A DNA stretch of 64,000 nt, taken from NCBI RefSeq assembly GCF_964204645.1, contig NC_134029.1:9388850-9452849 (forward strand), read 5' to 3'. Below, piece after piece: positions 61,725 to 64,000 of the stretch. Origin of the DNA: Tubulanus polymorphus. Its lineage: Eukaryota > Animalia > Nemertea. The translations under genes were made by a program, and so were the position numbers. Numbering within the stretch: the stretch's first letter is position 1; every line of letters starts with the position of its first letter. The notes under the pieces are model-generated. The model was not told the DNA's origin and did no database searches. It saw nothing but the letters and a program-made list of their open reading frames with translations.

Positions 61725-64000
61725 ATGTCTAAACAGCCATCTAGGATGGTAAAACGTCCTGGTAATAAGCAGGGTGGCAGACCCAATCGTCGCGGTAAAC
61801 ATCGTTTTGTCGACAAGCCGAAAAAGAGAAATCTGATGGATGATGAAATTAACAGTTTGAAGGAGAAAATCATATCATTGGTATGTATGCAAGCTGTGTT
61901 TTGTCTCCACTACTTATATATTCATCAAGGTAGCACCAATATCAAAAAGTGACCGATTTGAACGAACTATGTGTATATGTACTAGCCCATGAAAATATTT
62001 GCTAATGGGATACCAGCAACACCAGATGGCGCAACAAAATAGTTTGTAGTGAAAATCAGTCCATTTACAATAAAACTTTGAACTTTGTTTTTACGCTTTT
62101 AAATCCAGAAATTGTCCAATGAGTCATTGGAAAGAAGATATAAGATTCCCTTTCTCACTCAGTGTGTGGTATTGATTTTCAGAAAATTGAATTTGAAATG
62201 CGGTAACCCAGTGTCACTAGCTATCCTGGTGGATTATCGCTGAATCCTTGCTTACCATCAGTAGCCTTGCCGGTATCCCATTAAAGAGAAGGCCAGAAAA
62301 GTGCAGACAATTTCGAGTCACTTCTTTTTTATTCTAAACCATTCTATGTTCAAACCCTAGTATGAACTGGATCCTGACTCTATAGGGGTTAAAACATCGG
62401 AAATAAACTTAACATGGGCAGAACTAGATGAGTCTGGCACATATTTCCATTTGTATTAATTTTGACCCCCTCCCTCTTGAAAAAATCCTAGTGGTGCCCC
62501 TGCTAATTCTAACTCAAACTTAACATGTGCGTAACATAGAGCCGTTATCATTTCCCCAGTACTACAATAGACTGATGGAATTAAAGATGTTGTTGCGACT
62601 GAGAGAAAGAAGAGAAAGATGCCTATTGAAGAAATGTAAAAATGTATATTTCTTATTATAGAATGGGTCGAATACTGATTTGAAGCATTTCGATGATTTT
62701 CCACTTTCGAAAAAGACCAAGGAAGGTAAGTTTGCATGTTTATAGTATGTAATGGTTTCGGCTTTCATTTGATTATTCACAGTTATTTAAAATGATTTCA
62801 GGACTAACAGCTGCTGGCTACGTCGAGCCTACTGATATTCAGAGAGAGTCTCTCGGTCTCATTCTTCAAAGCCATGATGTTTTAGGAGCAGCGAAAACTG
62901 GATCGGGGAAAACATTAGCATTTTTAATCCCAGTAAGATTCCACTCTGCAATTTTTGAAAACTGATTCACAGTATATCAGGATAATTCGAACTGTCAGTC
63001 TTTCCAATGAATTCTTTCTTGAGCACATGTGCTTATTTATTCGTTAGGATGTCGTTAGGGGAACTCATGATCGGTATTTAGCTCCACTGTGACCGAAGGT
63101 CAGTGGAGCTAATTGGTTAGGGTATGAGCCGTCTTCGTTTGTTCGTTCGTACGTCTGTCAACTTTTTCTTCAAATCGCTACTAGTCCTACAGTTTTAATC
63201 AGATCAATTCCAAATTTGGTATGAATGTTTTATGGACCACTGCCTATGAAGTTACTTAAAGGATTCGTCCTTCAGGGGGTGTCCCTGGAGGTGGAGTTTC
63301 TATTTCTTCAAATTCCTACTAGTCCTACAGTTTTCATGAGATCAAATCCAAATTTGGTATAAATGTTCTATGGACCAATACCTACAAAGTACAGAGCCCT
63401 TTTTGGATTTGGCCAAAAGGTGGCACCCCTAGGTATGCTGCTTCGATATCTTCAAATCACACAGCAGAGCTATATAAGCTGATAGGCTCCTTGTCTTCAA
63501 TCCATTCCCCTACCAAAGGGTTACCTGTATTCATGACTACTACTTACCCTTATAATCATTACCTTGGATAAGTCTTCATACCCCCAGGTTGGCAAAGGAT
63601 CCTTTTGCTTATGCCTCAGAAAGACCATATTATTACCGGTTCACAGGCCATACGAGTAGACAATGTCCAAAATATTTAAGACCTCGGGAACTTAATCGCC
63701 GTTTATTATAACTACTGTTAATTTAGGCCTTAGAGATATTATACCGTGAAAAATGGTCAGCACTAGATGGACTGGGTATTTTGATTATTTCACCGACTAG
63801 AGAATTGGCATATCAGACATATGACGTCTTGAGAAAAATTGGCAAATTACATGATTTTTCTGCTGGACTAGTCATTGGTGGAAAGGTATGTACATTTGAT
63901 ACACTAAAAGAATCAAGATTAAACCAATGTGGATTGATTATTATTTCTGAATACGTAAGTTTGATATTTCTTCGCAAAATATTATTTCAGCATTTGAGAG
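61725..64000 (+). CDS. DDX10: DEAD-box RNA helicase DDX10/DBP4, 5' part; exons 61725-61880, 62662-62725, 62802-62932, 63727-63885, 63991->64000
   Basis: [12 protein letters not shown] motif [25 protein letters not shown]...[16 protein letters not shown] and [16 protein letters not shown] introns keep the frame. Continues beyond the window. Confidence 0.93.
62006..62280. mobile_element. Small MITE in DDX10 intron 1 (TTAA-type target, possibly Kolobok)
   Basis: TIRs TGGGATACCAGCAA / TTGCCGGTATCCCA, flanked by CTAA and TTAA. Confidence 0.55.
63077..63494 (+). mobile_element. HINE family 2 copy in DDX10 intron 3
   Basis: TTTAGCTCCACTGTGACCGAAGGTCAGTGGAGCTA palindrome and the end sequence match 14690-15557 in the opposite orientation. 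Two internal ~140-bp units. Confidence 0.7.

Overview
AT-rich eukaryotic DNA from an invertebrate, plausibly a marine lophotrochozoan. That assignment is inferred from spliceosomal introns, TTAGGG repeats and HINE-type Helentron elements. About 52 kb (1-52.3 kb) is a graveyard of nested, decayed mobile elements. It includes an env-bearing, chromodomain-integrase Gypsy provirus (32806-42866; paired LTRs, GAAA TSD) inserted into an older Gypsy that carries a 3' C2H2 zinc-finger ORF, and a second copy of the env-Gypsy split by a complete piggyBac (25012-27561). It also holds a 2.2-kb element with Polinton/Maverick-type ends (16996-19179), a FB/NOF-like Mutator remnant with a ubiquitin-specific-protease domain (48.5-50.7 kb), DIRS/Ngaro and L2 fragments, and many MITEs and HINEs. 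The last 11 kb holds two intact, divergently transcribed host genes: RPS17 (minus strand, 4 exons, TCT/TOP start) and the 5' part of DDX10 (plus strand). Between them lie a TIR element carrying a 190-bp higher-order satellite and an inverted pair of tRNA-like/telomeric-repeat modules. All family assignments come from motif recognition by eye; no database searches were run.
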